In this document: one piece after another, positions 9,057 to 19,620 of the stretch
How the letters are laid out: each line of letters opens with the position of its first letter
Position numbering within the stretch: position 1 is the first letter of the stretch
Assembly (NCBI GenBank): GCA_903831805.1
Contig: CAIKZD010000007.1
Coordinates: 7,886 to 71,885, forward strand
Length of the DNA stretch: 64,000 nt
Direction of reading: 5' to 3'
DNA from: an uncultured bacterium
GTDB taxonomy: Bacteria > Patescibacteriota > Minisyncoccia > Moranbacterales > UBA2206
The notes under the pieces: model-generated
Told to the model about the DNA's origin: nothing
The model's input: only the letters and a program-made list of their open reading frames with translations
Databases searched by the model: none
Position numbers and translations under genes: made by a program

Positions 9057-9120
9057 GCCCCTTTTTTAATTTGTCATTTGGATTTTTAACATTTATTTGA
9101 CATTGGAAATTGGGATTTTA
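8640..9120. mobile_element. IVS-like hairpin element carrying the four-helix-bundle ORF; paralog of the 23S helix-45 intervening sequence
   Basis: Left arm 8646..8700 and right arm 9062..9120 are inverted. The core AAAATCCCAATTTCCAATGTCAAATAAA is exact over 28 nt. Both arms match the two halves of the 23S insertion at 20278..20402. Confidence 0.6.
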
Positions 9121-9130
9121 GATTTATAAA

Positions 9131-12100
9131 ATGTCCAAATACCACAAATTAATCTTAATCGCATTTTTTATAATAACGGGTCTTTCTTCCGCTTCTTTTG
9201 TCAGTGCGGAATCCGCTCCGACTGTGTCGGGAATCAACCCGGTCAGTGGATCGCCCAGTGGTGGAACCAGTGTAACGATTTCCGGCAGTAATTTTTCCAT
9301 CGGTTTGGATAGTTATACAAAGTTGCTTTTGCATAGCGACGGGGCCAATAATTCAACCACCTTCACTGACAGCGCGTCTTCTCCAAAAACAATGACGGCC
9401 AATGGTAACGCGAAAATTTCCACGGCGCAAAGTAAGTTTGGCGGCAGCTCAGCAGTTTTTGACGGCAATGGAGATTTTGTGTCGACGCCTGACAGCGCAG
9501 ACTGGGATCTTGGCAGTGGAGATTTCACCATTGATTATTGGATCAGATATCCGGCTACGCCCAACTATACCGCGGTGCTTGGGCAATGGAACGGAGCGAC
9601 TAGCCAGAAATCATGGCTCCTGGAACATATTGGCACAGCGGCGATGGGCTTCTATTACTCAACGACGGGGAGCGATCAATCGTCCGTGTCGTTCGCTTGG
9701 ACACCCAGCGTGGATACTTGGTATCATTGCGCCATGGTGAGGTCCGGCACGAACATGCTTTTCTTTGTGAACGGAACACAAGTGGGCACGGCGCAAAGCA
9801 TCGGCGCTGCGACATTTTTCAATTCGAGCGACCAATTTCAAATTGGGCAGCAGGAAGCCAACACCGGAACATCCGTGAATGCCTACATTGATGAGGTGCG
9901 CGTTTCCAAAGGGATCGCGCGTTGGACTGCCAACTTCACTTCGCCGAGTGTCAGATATGGCACTCCAGCTGTCACCATTGGTGGAACTGCCGCCACGAGT
10001 GTGGCGTCAACCGACGGCAGCACTATCACCGCTGTCACTCCGGCTCACGCGCTTGGCGCGGGAAATGTGGTTGCCACCAATCCTGACACTCAGAGCGCGA
10101 CACTGACAAATGGGTATACCTATTTTGTTTCCAATGTCTATTATTCCGTCGGTCAATCGGCCGCGGATCTCAAAACCGGTACGCCGAATGTCGCCATTAC
10201 GAGCGGCGTGGCCACTTTCACCGTGGCGCAAACCGGAAACATTGGTGTGGGAGATGTTATCGTCGCCAATGCCATTTCCTATTATATCTCAAGTAAAACT
10301 TCCACCACTGTTTGGAATGTGGTGACCAATACAGGTGCCACGCCGACCAATATTGGTTCCACGGCTGTCACTTCCATTAAACATGTCTACACCTCACTGA
10401 ATTCGGCCGTGGCGGGTGCAGCTACTTTACTGGGCAACTCCGATCTTACTGCCGCTAATGTCGCTCTGAATATTCCTTGTTATTATGATAGCGCCGCCGA
10501 TACGACGGCTGTCACAGTTTCCGGTTACACGACCGATGCGACGAGATATATCAAAATTTATACGCCGTCGAATACTGCGACGGAGAGTAATAATTCGCAG
10601 AGGGCGATGGGGAAGTGGGATGCGGGGAAATACAGCTTAGTATCATCCGGCACTACAACTGTTCAACTTAATAGTGCATATATTATATTTGAAGGCATCC
10701 AGCTAAAAAATACCAATGCAACTGCCAGCGCTGACACAGCCATAATATATACCAGCTTAAATAACGCAAGCTCTTTATTGACTATTAATAAAAATATACT
10801 TGTGGCTCAAGTGTCCGGGGTCAATACGATGTATGCTTTCAAAGATATATATCAGACAGTAAAGAATGTCATATTAAGCAATAATGTTTTTTATAATATA
10901 ACCGGTGGTTCTGCAGAAGATAGAGCGATTGTTATGGAGGGGGGAAACTTTTATGTATATAACAACACTGTTTATAACGCTGAAGTAGGATTTAAGATAG
11001 TATCGACTTCTACTGTGGTTGCCAAAAATAATATAGTTCAAGGTGCCACGGATGGATATTATGGAACTTTCGATGCGGCTTCCGATTACAACATTTCCAA
11101 TCTATCTAGTGACACAACAGGAGGAGCTCATGACAAGCAAGCTACCGTAAATTTTGTCTCCACCGTATCTGGTTTAGAAGACTTCCATCTTTCTCCTGCA
11201 GATTCCGCCGCGAAAAACTCCGGCGCGGATCTTTCTGCGGATGCCAATTTTGCTTTTTCCACTGACATCGACGGGGCATCAAGAAACGCGGCCATCAATG
11301 CTTGGGACATCGGCGCCGATGAAACGGCGACGGAGGTCTATTTCAGTGTTGGACAAAATACTAGCGATCACAAAACTAGTACACCGACTGTCACCGTATC
11401 CGGCACGACCGCCACTTTCAGTGTGGCACAAACAGCGACGAACATGGGGGTGGGGGATCTAGTGACTTACATCGGTGGGACTTGCTACCTATCCGCTAAA
11501 ACCAACGCCGATCAGATGCATTGGAATTGCGTCAGTGCGACAGGCGGACAACCGGCGCAAGTGGCAGGGGTGAGTGTCACTTCGATTGCCCACGCCTTCG
11601 GTGCGCTGGAAGGGACAGTTGATGCCAATACCGGCAATGGCGCTTTTGACGCATCGCATTTGAATACTAAAAACTTAGTCACTGGCAACTATCAACTCAA
11701 TGTGCCTTGCTACTATGACACCGGCGCAGATCCCAATACCTTAGGGGTAAGTGTGCGCGGCTGGACCACCGGCGGACAAAATTCCATCAAAATCTATACA
11801 CCAAACAACACCACCACCGAAGTCAATCAAACACAAAGGCCTGCTGGGAAGTGGGACGCGACCAAATATAATGTAGCGATAAATCACAGCGCTTTTGCTC
11901 TGTCCATGTTGACCATCAGAAACGACGCTGTCACCGTGGAAGGCCTGCAGTTCTATATGATTTCCACTGCCTTTGAACATGATGCCATCTACGCCATTAA
12001 TCCCAATGCCAGTGGCGCAATTAATATTGCCAGTAACATTATCAGAGCGGAACTTTCCGGTACGGCCACCGGCTTTGCCGTCATCTCGCATACGAACAAT

Positions 12101-13870
12101 GTCGGCAGCACCAATATTTACAATAATGTTATCTATGGTTTTGGTATAAACGGCGACGCCGGCGGCCCGGAAAAAGTCTACAACAACACGGTTAGTGGTA
12201 GTGCGGTGGGCATTTCCGGCACGGCCAATGATATTGCCAAAAATAACATCGTGCAAAATTGTGCCAATGGTTATTCCGGCACTTTCAACGCTGCTTCAGA
12301 CTACAACATTTCCGACCTGGCGGCTGACAACGCCGGTGGTGCCCATGACAAACAAGCCACGGTGGCTTTTGCGGATGCGACCAACAAGGATTTCCACCTT
12401 TCTCCGACCGACACGCAAGCCAAGGATGCCGGCGCAAACTTGAGCGCTGATTCCAACTTCGCCTTCACCACCGACATCGATTCTCAAACCAGAAATCAAA
12501 ACGGTCTCGGTTGGGACATCGGCGCGGACGAAGCGGCTACGCAGATTTTTTATAGTGTCGGACAAAATACTACCGATCACAAAACTGGTTCTCCGACCGT
12601 GACCGTTAGCGGTTCAACCGCTACATTTTCTGTGGCGCAGACTGCGACGAATATGGGCGTGGGGGATTTGGTGACCTACACTGGTGGCACATGTTACCTG
12701 AGCGCCAAAACCAACGCCGATCAGATGCATTGGAATTGTGTCAGTGCCACCGGTGGCACACCAACTGCAGCTTCGGCCGGCACAACCGTCACTTCCATCA
12801 CTCACGCCTTCGCTTCACTCGAAGGTGCAGTGGATGCCAACACTGCCACGGGTGCTTTTGACGCAACCCATCTAAACACGAAAGATTTAGTGACCAATAA
12901 TTATCAATTAAATATTCCTTGCTACTACGACACTGGTGCGGACACCACGGCGGTCACCGTGCAGTTTTGGACTACTGGGGCGCAGGATTATGTGAAAATT
13001 TATACGCCATACAACACGACAAGTGAAATTAATCAGACGCAGAGGCATAGCGGGAAGTGGGATGATGGGAAATATAGAATGGTTGTTCCAATGAATAATT
13101 TTTACAATGATATTATCTATTCGCAAATCAAGTTCGTCTGGATTGACGGATTGCAAATAGAAAAAGCGGAGGGAGTCGGATTTGACTCCGGAGGTATGTG
13201 GATCGAAAATAATTTTTCAGATGGGGGGGTGATCAGGATTTCCAATAATATTGTCAGAAATACCAACACCACAGGCACAATTATTTATGGAATTAGTGCC
13301 TTGGATTACTCATCTAATTTTGCGACGACATACTACGTCTGGAGCAATATTATTTATGGTTTTAACAATAGTGATAGCTATGGTATCTATTTGAATTATC
13401 TTTCAGTTGATACTGATTATGTTTACAATAATACAATTTATAATAATACAATCGGAATTAATAATGAGAATGGCGGTGGGACAGTTTTTGCCAAAAACAA
13501 TCTTGCCTATAACAACACCACGGACTATGCTGGTACATTCAATGCCTCTTCCACTAATAATCTTTCCAAAGACGCCACTTCGCCTAACGCCGGCGGAGCG
13601 GATTGTGGCGGGCACAGCTGCCGCAATCAAACCGTCAGCTTTGTTTCCACTACGACCGGTGCGGAAGACTTCCATCTTGCCCCATCGGACACCGCCGCCA
13701 AAAATTCCGGGGCGGATCTCTCAGCCGACGCTAATTTTCCTTTCAACACCGACATCGACGGCGAAACCCGCCACGCCGGCGTGTGGGACATTGGGGCGGA
13801 TGAGAACAATAGCATCAATGTGCAACTCAATCGGAATGTGCAGTTGAAGAGGAATGTGCAGATTAAATAG
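9131..13870 (+). CDS. Giant (1579 aa) secreted surface protein: IPT/TIG-like N-terminus, LamG domain, three ~400-aa tandem repeats with beta-helix-like segments
   Basis: Signal peptide. PVSGSPSGGTSVTISGSNF, then a LamG module. Repeat units start near 10130, 11336 and 12546 with ~85% nt identity between units 2 and 3. Recurring ...WDIGADE. Confidence 0.75.
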   Translation: MSKYHKLILIAFFIITGLSSASFVSAESAPTVSGINPVSGSPSGGTSVTISGSNFSIGLDSYTKLLLHSDGANNSTTFTDSASSPKTMTANGNAKISTAQSKFGGSSAVFDGNGDFVSTPDSADWDLGSGDFTIDYWIRYPATPNYTAVLGQWNGATSQKSWLLEHIGTAAMGFYYSTTGSDQSSVSFAWTPSVDTWYHCAMVRSGTNMLFFVNGTQVGTAQSIGAATFFNSSDQFQIGQQEANTGTSVNAYIDEVRVSKGIARWTANFTSPSVRYGTPAVTIGGTAATSVASTDGSTITAVTPAHALGAGNVVATNPDTQSATLTNGYTYFVSNVYYSVGQSAADLKTGTPNVAITSGVATFTVAQTGNIGVGDVIVANAISYYISSKTSTTVWNVVTNTGATPTNIGSTAVTSIKHVYTSLNSAVAGAATLLGNSDLTAANVALNIPCYYDSAADTTAVTVSGYTTDATRYIKIYTPSNTATESNNSQRAMGKWDAGKYSLVSSGTTTVQLNSAYIIFEGIQLKNTNATASADTAIIYTSLNNASSLLTINKNILVAQVSGVNTMYAFKDIYQTVKNVILSNNVFYNITGGSAEDRAIVMEGGNFYVYNNTVYNAEVGFKIVSTSTVVAKNNIVQGATDGYYGTFDAASDYNISNLSSDTTGGAHDKQATVNFVSTVSGLEDFHLSPADSAAKNSGADLSADANFAFSTDIDGASRNAAINAWDIGADETATEVYFSVGQNTSDHKTSTPTVTVSGTTATFSVAQTATNMGVGDLVTYIGGTCYLSAKTNADQMHWNCVSATGGQPAQVAGVSVTSIAHAFGALEGTVDANTGNGAFDASHLNTKNLVTGNYQLNVPCYYDTGADPNTLGVSVRGWTTGGQNSIKIYTPNNTTTEVNQTQRPAGKWDATKYNVAINHSAFALSMLTIRNDAVTVEGLQFYMISTAFEHDAIYAINPNASGAINIASNIIRAELSGTATGFAVISHTNNVGSTNIYNNVIYGFGINGDAGGPEKVYNNTVSGSAVGISGTANDIAKNNIVQNCANGYSGTFNAASDYNISDLAADNAGGAHDKQATVAFADATNKDFHLSPTDTQAKDAGANLSADSNFAFTTDIDSQTRNQNGLGWDIGADEAATQIFYSVGQNTTDHKTGSPTVTVSGSTATFSVAQTATNMGVGDLVTYTGGTCYLSAKTNADQMHWNCVSATGGTPTAASAGTTVTSITHAFASLEGAVDANTATGAFDATHLNTKDLVTNNYQLNIPCYYDTGADTTAVTVQFWTTGAQDYVKIYTPYNTTSEINQTQRHSGKWDDGKYRMVVPMNNFYNDIIYSQIKFVWIDGLQIEKAEGVGFDSGGMWIENNFSDGGVIRISNNIVRNTNTTGTIIYGISALDYSSNFATTYYVWSNIIYGFNNSDSYGIYLNYLSVDTDYVYNNTIYNNTIGINNENGGGTVFAKNNLAYNNTTDYAGTFNASSTNNLSKDATSPNAGGADCGGHSCRNQTVSFVSTTTGAEDFHLAPSDTAAKNSGADLSADANFPFNTDIDGETRHAGVWDIGADENNSINVQLNRNVQLKRNVQIK
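13803..13870 (+). repeat. 3' end of the giant gene (INVQLNRNVQLKRNVQIK*); a diverged duplicate lies at 15455..15510
   Basis: About 70% nt identity. The second copy translates VNVQINRNVQFKRGVTIK* and also ends in a stop. Confidence 0.6.
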
Positions 13871-14139
13871 TCTGAACCACCGATGCAGGTTCAAGTTCTC
13901 GATGCAGGTTCAGGTTTGTAACTTGGACCCTGGAGTTAACCATCGAAATGTTTAAACAAGAATTAAATTCAAAAAGCCCGTAAACTAAAAGAATCAGGTT
14001 ACAAACCTGCTCCTGCACGGAGGGGGTAAGAGAGAGGGAATATTGACGGGGATTGATAGATGTGATATATTTCCATTGTAATGGACAAATTACTAGATAA
14101 TTGTCCATTTAACTGGACAAATAATATAGTACTAAAATT

Positions 14140-15453
14140 ATGGATACCAAGGAAAATTTAAAGAAACTCATCACTGAATGGATGGAATTTGAGATTCCAA
14201 ACGATATTTTGATGCGCAAGTTTGACAGGCGCTTACTGGCCGGCAAAAAGATTTTAGCAATCATCGGACCGCGCCGCGCCGGAAAAACATATTATTGCTT
14301 CCAGATTATCAAAGAATTACTATTAGACATTCCGAAAGAAAATATTCTCTATATCAATTTTGAAGACGAGCGACTCTATCCTTTGGTGGGCGATGAGCTG
14401 ACCTTGTTATTGGAAAGTTACCTCGAATTGGTTACGCCTCAAAAAAACAAGAAAATATATTTTTTCCTGGATGAAGTTCAAAATATCAAGTTTTGGTCGA
14501 AATGGGCACGAAGAATAAGTGAAAAAAATCCGAATATCAAATTGATCCTGACAGGTTCATCTTCAAAGTTGCTCAGTCGGGAAATCGCTACCGAGCTCCG
14601 CGGCCGCTCACTTTCTTTTATGGTGTACCCCTTATCATTTGGGGAATTTTTAAAGTTCAAAAAAATAGATTTCGAATCTAAAACGATTTTGTATGGCAAA
14701 AAGCGCGGACAAATAAAAAAAGCGTTCAATGAATTCTTGGAGCAGGGCGGTTTCCCGGAAACTTTGTCTGAGACGCTCAAGCAAAAAGTTTTGCAAGAAT
14801 ACTATAGCACAATGTTTTATTCCGATATTGTCGAGCGCTACGATGTTAAGAACACTGCCTTGCTAGAGGATTTCTTAAAAATGGAAATAAACAGTTTTTC
14901 CTCGATGGCTTCAATTTCCAAGATGGAAAAAGTGCTATTGTCGATGAATAGGAAAGCCAGCAAAACTACTTTGTCCAAATATCTTTCCTATGCCAAGAGC
15001 GTTTTTCTTTTGTTTGAACTGAGTGTGTATGATTATAAATTAAAACAGCAGATGAGGCATCTGAAAAAAATATATGCCGTGGACACGGGGCTACTTAATG
15101 CGATTCGTTTTTCTTTTTCCGACGATTACGGCAGGCTCTTGGAAAATTTGGTCTTTTTGGAATTTTTAAAAGCAGGGAAAAAAGTTTTTTATTTCCGTGG
15201 TAATGGAGAATGTGATTTCTTACTTAAAGATGGCAAAAAAATTTCCGCCGCTTTTCAAGTCACGAAGAGCCTTAAAGATTATGACACTCGACAACGGGAA
15301 ATTAAAGGACTTTTGGAAGCCCTGGAGAAATATAAGCTTGATGAAGGAATTATATTGACTGAAGATGAAAATGAAGAATTTGAAGAAGCTGGCAAAAAAA
15401 TCAAGGTTTTGCCAGTGTGGTTTTGGGCATGTGGAATAGCGGGCAAAGATTAA
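14140..15453 (+). CDS. AAA+ ATPase of the COG1373 family (AAA_14 + DUF4143)
   Basis: Walker A GPRRAGKTY; Walker B FFLDEVQ; ...TGSSS...PLSFGEF... matches the family. Confidence 0.8.
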   Translation: MDTKENLKKLITEWMEFEIPNDILMRKFDRRLLAGKKILAIIGPRRAGKTYYCFQIIKELLLDIPKENILYINFEDERLYPLVGDELTLLLESYLELVTPQKNKKIYFFLDEVQNIKFWSKWARRISEKNPNIKLILTGSSSKLLSREIATELRGRSLSFMVYPLSFGEFLKFKKIDFESKTILYGKKRGQIKKAFNEFLEQGGFPETLSETLKQKVLQEYYSTMFYSDIVERYDVKNTALLEDFLKMEINSFSSMASISKMEKVLLSMNRKASKTTLSKYLSYAKSVFLLFELSVYDYKLKQQMRHLKKIYAVDTGLLNAIRFSFSDDYGRLLENLVFLEFLKAGKKVFYFRGNGECDFLLKDGKKISAAFQVTKSLKDYDTRQREIKGLLEALEKYKLDEGIILTEDENEEFEEAGKKIKVLPVWFWACGIAGKD

Positions 15454-15454
15454 G

Positions 15455-15510
15455 TCAATGTCCAGATCAACCGCAACGTGCAGTTCAAAAGGGGAGTGAC
15501 TATCAAATAA
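15455..15510 (+). repeat. Displaced or duplicated original 3' end of the giant surface-protein gene
   Basis: See 13803..13870. Confidence 0.55.
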
Positions 15511-15580
15511 AACGGTTTGACCCTTTTTTCAAAAACCTCTATAATTTAAAGCAAGTAAATATAAAATAATTAACACAAAT

Positions 15581-18220
15581 ATGGAACCGGAAAAACAACA
15601 ACCGTTTAATATTAACGTCAGAAAATCGATGGCTGATACGTCTAGTGTGTCCTCACCTCGCAGAGCCAGTCTGCAGGATGCCTATCAGTTAAGTCATGCG
15701 CAAAAATTCGAAGCGGAAATTGCTCCGGAGAAAAACAGCGAACAGAAAAATGAACAAAAATTAGTCATAAAGATTTTGGACAAACTGATCGGTCTCGCGA
15801 TTTTTATGCTTTTCTTCGGCTTGCCGCTTTTTTTCACCGGCTTCACCCAGCAAGGCATTATTTTTGATAAACAGATCTATTTCTATGTCTGGGTGCTTTT
15901 GGGCTTAGTTTTCTGGGTGACCAAAGGCGTGGTGGTGGGAGAAATGAACATCAAGCGGACGCCGTTGGATTGGCCGATCTTGGGATTTTGGTTGGCCTAT
16001 ATCGCCGCCACGGTTTTTTCCGTGGATCGTTGGCACAGTTTCTGGGGCGCTTATAGTGATCCATCGCTCGGTCTCATGAGTATCACGGCTTACATCATCG
16101 CGTATTATTTCCTGAACAGTAATTTAAACTTGAAGAGAATGAAATTGGTGATGATTGCGGTCATTTCGGCCGGGGCAATTACAATGATTTGGACGACACT
16201 CGCGATTTTTGGTTTGAAATTTCTGCCGGACACCATCGCCGCTTATTCTCCGCTCAGTTTGGTCGGGTCTATTACAGGCTTAGGGGTATTGTTCTCACTT
16301 TTGATTCCGATTATCACCACGGCTATTTTGCAAGTGGCTGATGCTAAAAATTTAAGCAAAGTCGTTAAGGGGATTCTGGAAACAGGCATGCTTTTCTTTC
16401 TGGTATTAGATATGTTTTTGGTCCTGGCTCTCTATAATTATATTCCGTGGGTTGGACTGTTCGTCGGAGTGGCTGTGTTTTTGATTTTTATCCTGGCCAA
16501 AATCGTACGCCCGAAAAGCACGTGGGTCTGGCTGCCGATGACCGTGTTTGTCTTGGTAATGGTATTGCGCCTGACTGGCAGCGTGCCGATTGCCAAAGTG
16601 CAATTGCCAATGGAAGTCAGTTTGAATTACAAAACTTCCGCGGACATCGCCTGGCAAAGTATGAAGAATAAATTTTTGGTCGGATCCGGTCCGGCGACCT
16701 ACAGCTATGACTTCTCTTTGAACCGGCCGCAGGATTTCAACGCTAATGCCCTCTACAGTTTGCGCTTCTATCAAGGTACGGGTATTTTGGCGGAAGTGAT
16801 TCCGACGGCTGGCATCGTGGGAGCCATTTTTCTCCTGCTCCTCATTTTGACCTACGTCGGCGCCCAATTCTATCTGCTGTATAAAGACAAGGAAAAAAAC
16901 AAATTATATTCTTTGGGGCTGGCCAGTGCGGCGGCGATTATGCTAGTAGATGTCATGAGTGTGCGGGCTGACGGCGGAATATTGGTCATGGGGGTACTCC
17001 TCGGCACCTTGGCTTTGGCCACCGGGATTCGCGAATCGGAAAACATCGAGCGAGAAATAAATCTTTCGCTTAAGGCTTCGCCTAAATTTGCCTTGGCTCT
17101 GGCTTTTGTCTTTATGGTGGTCAGCGCCGGTATCGCCTTCTTCTTCGTTTATCTTGGTAAGGTTTATGCCTCGGACATTTATGCTAAGCGTGCAGCAGCG
17201 CTAGTGGCCACTGATCCGGATAGGGCACTTAATGATTTGAGTCAGTCAGTCACGCTCAATCCGTTGGAATCCAAATATTATGTCCAATTGGGGCAATATT
17301 ACATGGCGTTGGCTAATCAGGAAGCGCTGAAGGATCAAAATTCCAGAGATATCAATAAGATCCAGCAATATTTGAACAATTCCATTGCGGTCACTAATCA
17401 AGCTAAAACCATTTCTCCCAATGATGTGGGCACGGTGGAATCGCTGGCCCTGATCTATGAAAACGCCGGTCTTTATGTGCCCAATTCTTTGAGTCTCGCG
17501 GTGGACAACTATAAGCGCTCGCAAGAACTGGAACCGCATAACCCGGTCTACTTTGTGAAACTCGGCCAATTGGATGTGGCCACAGCGGGGGCGGAAAAAG
17601 ATACGGCCAAGAAAAAACAATTGGTCAATGATGCTAAGGATCTATTCCAAAAATCAGTCGACGAAAAACAGAATTATCCGGAAGGCTACTACCAATTGGC
17701 TTTGGCTGATGAAGCGCTGAACGATTTGGACCACGCGGTGGAAAACGCGGTGAAGGCTGCGAACCTTTCACCGAAAAATGTGAACTACATTCTTTCCCTC
17801 GGCCGCATGTATGAAGAAAGGAATAAGAATGATGATTTGAAATCGGCGGAGCAGGTTTATCAAATAGCGATAAGCATAGATGACAAGAATGTTAATGGGC
17901 ATTTCTATCTGGGACTGCTGTATGAGAAAGAAAAAAACAAGGACGGTGCCAAAAAAGAATATGGCCGCGTAGTGGATCTGCTCAGTGCCAATAGTAATGG
18001 CAGTAACGCCGACACGATCGCTAAATTGAAAAAGATGATTGACAACGTGAATAATGGCGTAGTGAACACGGCCGAAAGCCTGGGGTTGACCCAGGACAAT
18101 CAACCGGCCCCGACTACTCCGACTGCGCCTGTAGCACCAACTACACCAACTACACCAACTACCCCCCCCACTGCTCCTACTGTTAAGCCAACTACTCCTC
18201 CAGTGACACCTACTCCGTAA
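15581..18220 (+). CDS. Polytopic membrane protein (O-antigen ligase/polymerase-like) with C-terminal TPR repeats and a Pro/Thr-rich tail
   Basis: At least 10 predicted TM helices; TPR-like repeats (YYVQLGQYYMAL..., YFVKLGQL..., HFYLGLLYEKEKN); tail PAPTTPTAPVAPTTPTTPTTPPTAPTVKPTTPPVTPTP. Confidence 0.5.
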   Translation: MEPEKQQPFNINVRKSMADTSSVSSPRRASLQDAYQLSHAQKFEAEIAPEKNSEQKNEQKLVIKILDKLIGLAIFMLFFGLPLFFTGFTQQGIIFDKQIYFYVWVLLGLVFWVTKGVVVGEMNIKRTPLDWPILGFWLAYIAATVFSVDRWHSFWGAYSDPSLGLMSITAYIIAYYFLNSNLNLKRMKLVMIAVISAGAITMIWTTLAIFGLKFLPDTIAAYSPLSLVGSITGLGVLFSLLIPIITTAILQVADAKNLSKVVKGILETGMLFFLVLDMFLVLALYNYIPWVGLFVGVAVFLIFILAKIVRPKSTWVWLPMTVFVLVMVLRLTGSVPIAKVQLPMEVSLNYKTSADIAWQSMKNKFLVGSGPATYSYDFSLNRPQDFNANALYSLRFYQGTGILAEVIPTAGIVGAIFLLLLILTYVGAQFYLLYKDKEKNKLYSLGLASAAAIMLVDVMSVRADGGILVMGVLLGTLALATGIRESENIEREINLSLKASPKFALALAFVFMVVSAGIAFFFVYLGKVYASDIYAKRAAALVATDPDRALNDLSQSVTLNPLESKYYVQLGQYYMALANQEALKDQNSRDINKIQQYLNNSIAVTNQAKTISPNDVGTVESLALIYENAGLYVPNSLSLAVDNYKRSQELEPHNPVYFVKLGQLDVATAGAEKDTAKKKQLVNDAKDLFQKSVDEKQNYPEGYYQLALADEALNDLDHAVENAVKAANLSPKNVNYILSLGRMYEERNKNDDLKSAEQVYQIAISIDDKNVNGHFYLGLLYEKEKNKDGAKKEYGRVVDLLSANSNGSNADTIAKLKKMIDNVNNGVVNTAESLGLTQDNQPAPTTPTAPVAPTTPTTPTTPPTAPTVKPTTPPVTPTP

Positions 18221-18242
18221 GGACGGAAAATACGGCAAAACC

Positions 18243-18285
18243 GTAATCGTAGAGACGCCCCGTCGGGGCGTCTCTACGATTACCA
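18243..18285 (+). terminator. Strong GC-rich hairpin after the membrane-protein gene
   Basis: CGTAATCGTAGAGACGCCCC-gtc-GGGGCGTCTCTACGATTAC(c) forms a near-perfect 20-bp stem. It has no U-tract, so an intrinsic-terminator function is uncertain. Confidence 0.35.
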
Positions 18286-19504
18286 TAATAGCCCTTGACA
18301 TTATTTTCAGGCCTGCTATCATAGTAAAGCGTTAAGAAATTAGTATGTGATTCCTGGGGGATTGTGCCTAAGAAAAGGGGATAATTTCAAGGATGACTGA
18401 ATGATAAAATCAATCAAAAAACTAACTGAAAAAAGCGGGCTTGCCCCGCGATCGCGAAGTGATTTTGCGGGGTGAAACTTTTAGAAGTCTTTGAATTTGC
18501 TTCTAAAAAACTCCGCTCTAAAGCGGTTTTTAATTTGTGCGGAAATAGTCTTTCATAAAATGATTGTGAAAATTATTTTCCGCATCAAACGCACCTTAAC
18601 AATTAAATAGCTCTACTCAAATAAAAATCTTTTTGCATTCTGTGCGATTCGATTAAGTTTAGTGGAGCAAAGGTCTTAATCTGGATATTCAATGCCTACC
18701 GTTGGCGGGAATAGAATTGGATATTTATGATTAGTCATCTAATGTCGCGTAAGCAATGCGATATTAGATAAAAGTAGGTAAAAAAATTGCAATAATGAAA
18801 ACTGTCAGTTAAATAGAGTTAGTGATTTTAGTGATTGCTAACTGCTAACATTGACCCCGATGTAATGTCGGGGTGAAAAATTTAAGAGCGGTAGTACTAA
18901 TGCATATGGTGAATGCCTTGACACTAAAAAGCGATGAAGGACGTAGCTAGCTGCGATAAGCTTCGGGGAGGTGCTGAGCAACCTTTGATCCGGAGATTTC
19001 CGAATGGGGCAACCCCTCCGACTTTACGTCGGAGAACTTTAGCTGAATAAATAGGCTATTGTAGCGAACCCGGCGAACTGAAACATCTTATTAGCCGGAG
19101 GAAAAGACATCAACTGAGATTCCCCAAGTAGTGGCGAGCGAACGGGGAGAAGCCTAAACCATCAGTCGCAAGACCGGTGGGGTTGCGAGATAATTCTACT
19201 CGTTTAATCGGGGTAGGAAACTGTTTGTTAATAGAACGTCTCTGGAAAGAGCGGCCATAGAGAGTGAAAGCCTCGTATATGAAAACGAACAACGACTACG
19301 GAATTATTCTCAAGTAGGGCGGGACCGGAGAAATCCCGTCTGAATCTGGGGCCACTATTGCTCCAAGGCTAAATATTTTTAGTGATCGATAGCGAACGAG
19401 TACCGTGAGGGAAAGGTGAAAAGTATCCCGATGAGGGAGATGAAATAGTATCTGAAACCATATGCTAACGAAGAGTAGGAGCCGCATTCTTCACTGACGT
19501 TCAG

Positions 19505-19620
19505 AATGAATTTTTAATTTCCAATTTTTAATTTTTTAAATAAATCTTAATGTCTAAATTTTTAAACATTAAGAAATTTGAAATTATTTATAAAATTACA
19601 AAATTAAAAATTTAAAAATT
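19505..19620 (+). other. 23S intervening sequence at the helix-25 site
   Basis: A ~115-nt AT-rich insertion relative to the E. coli-type sequence at a known IVS site. Confidence 0.6.

Noticed and set aside
9313-13847. Many 60-170-aa ORFs on both strands inside the 9131..13870 gene (e.g. 11741..12256 minus, 13407..13847 plus)
   Set aside because: They lie wholly within a long, repeat-rich GC-biased ORF. They are artefacts of codon bias with no independent signals.
18221-18894. 16S rRNA or tRNA genes upstream of the 23S
   Set aside because: No 16S-like conserved blocks or tRNA T-arm (GTTCGAATC-like) signatures are found. The rRNA genes appear unlinked from 16S in this window.
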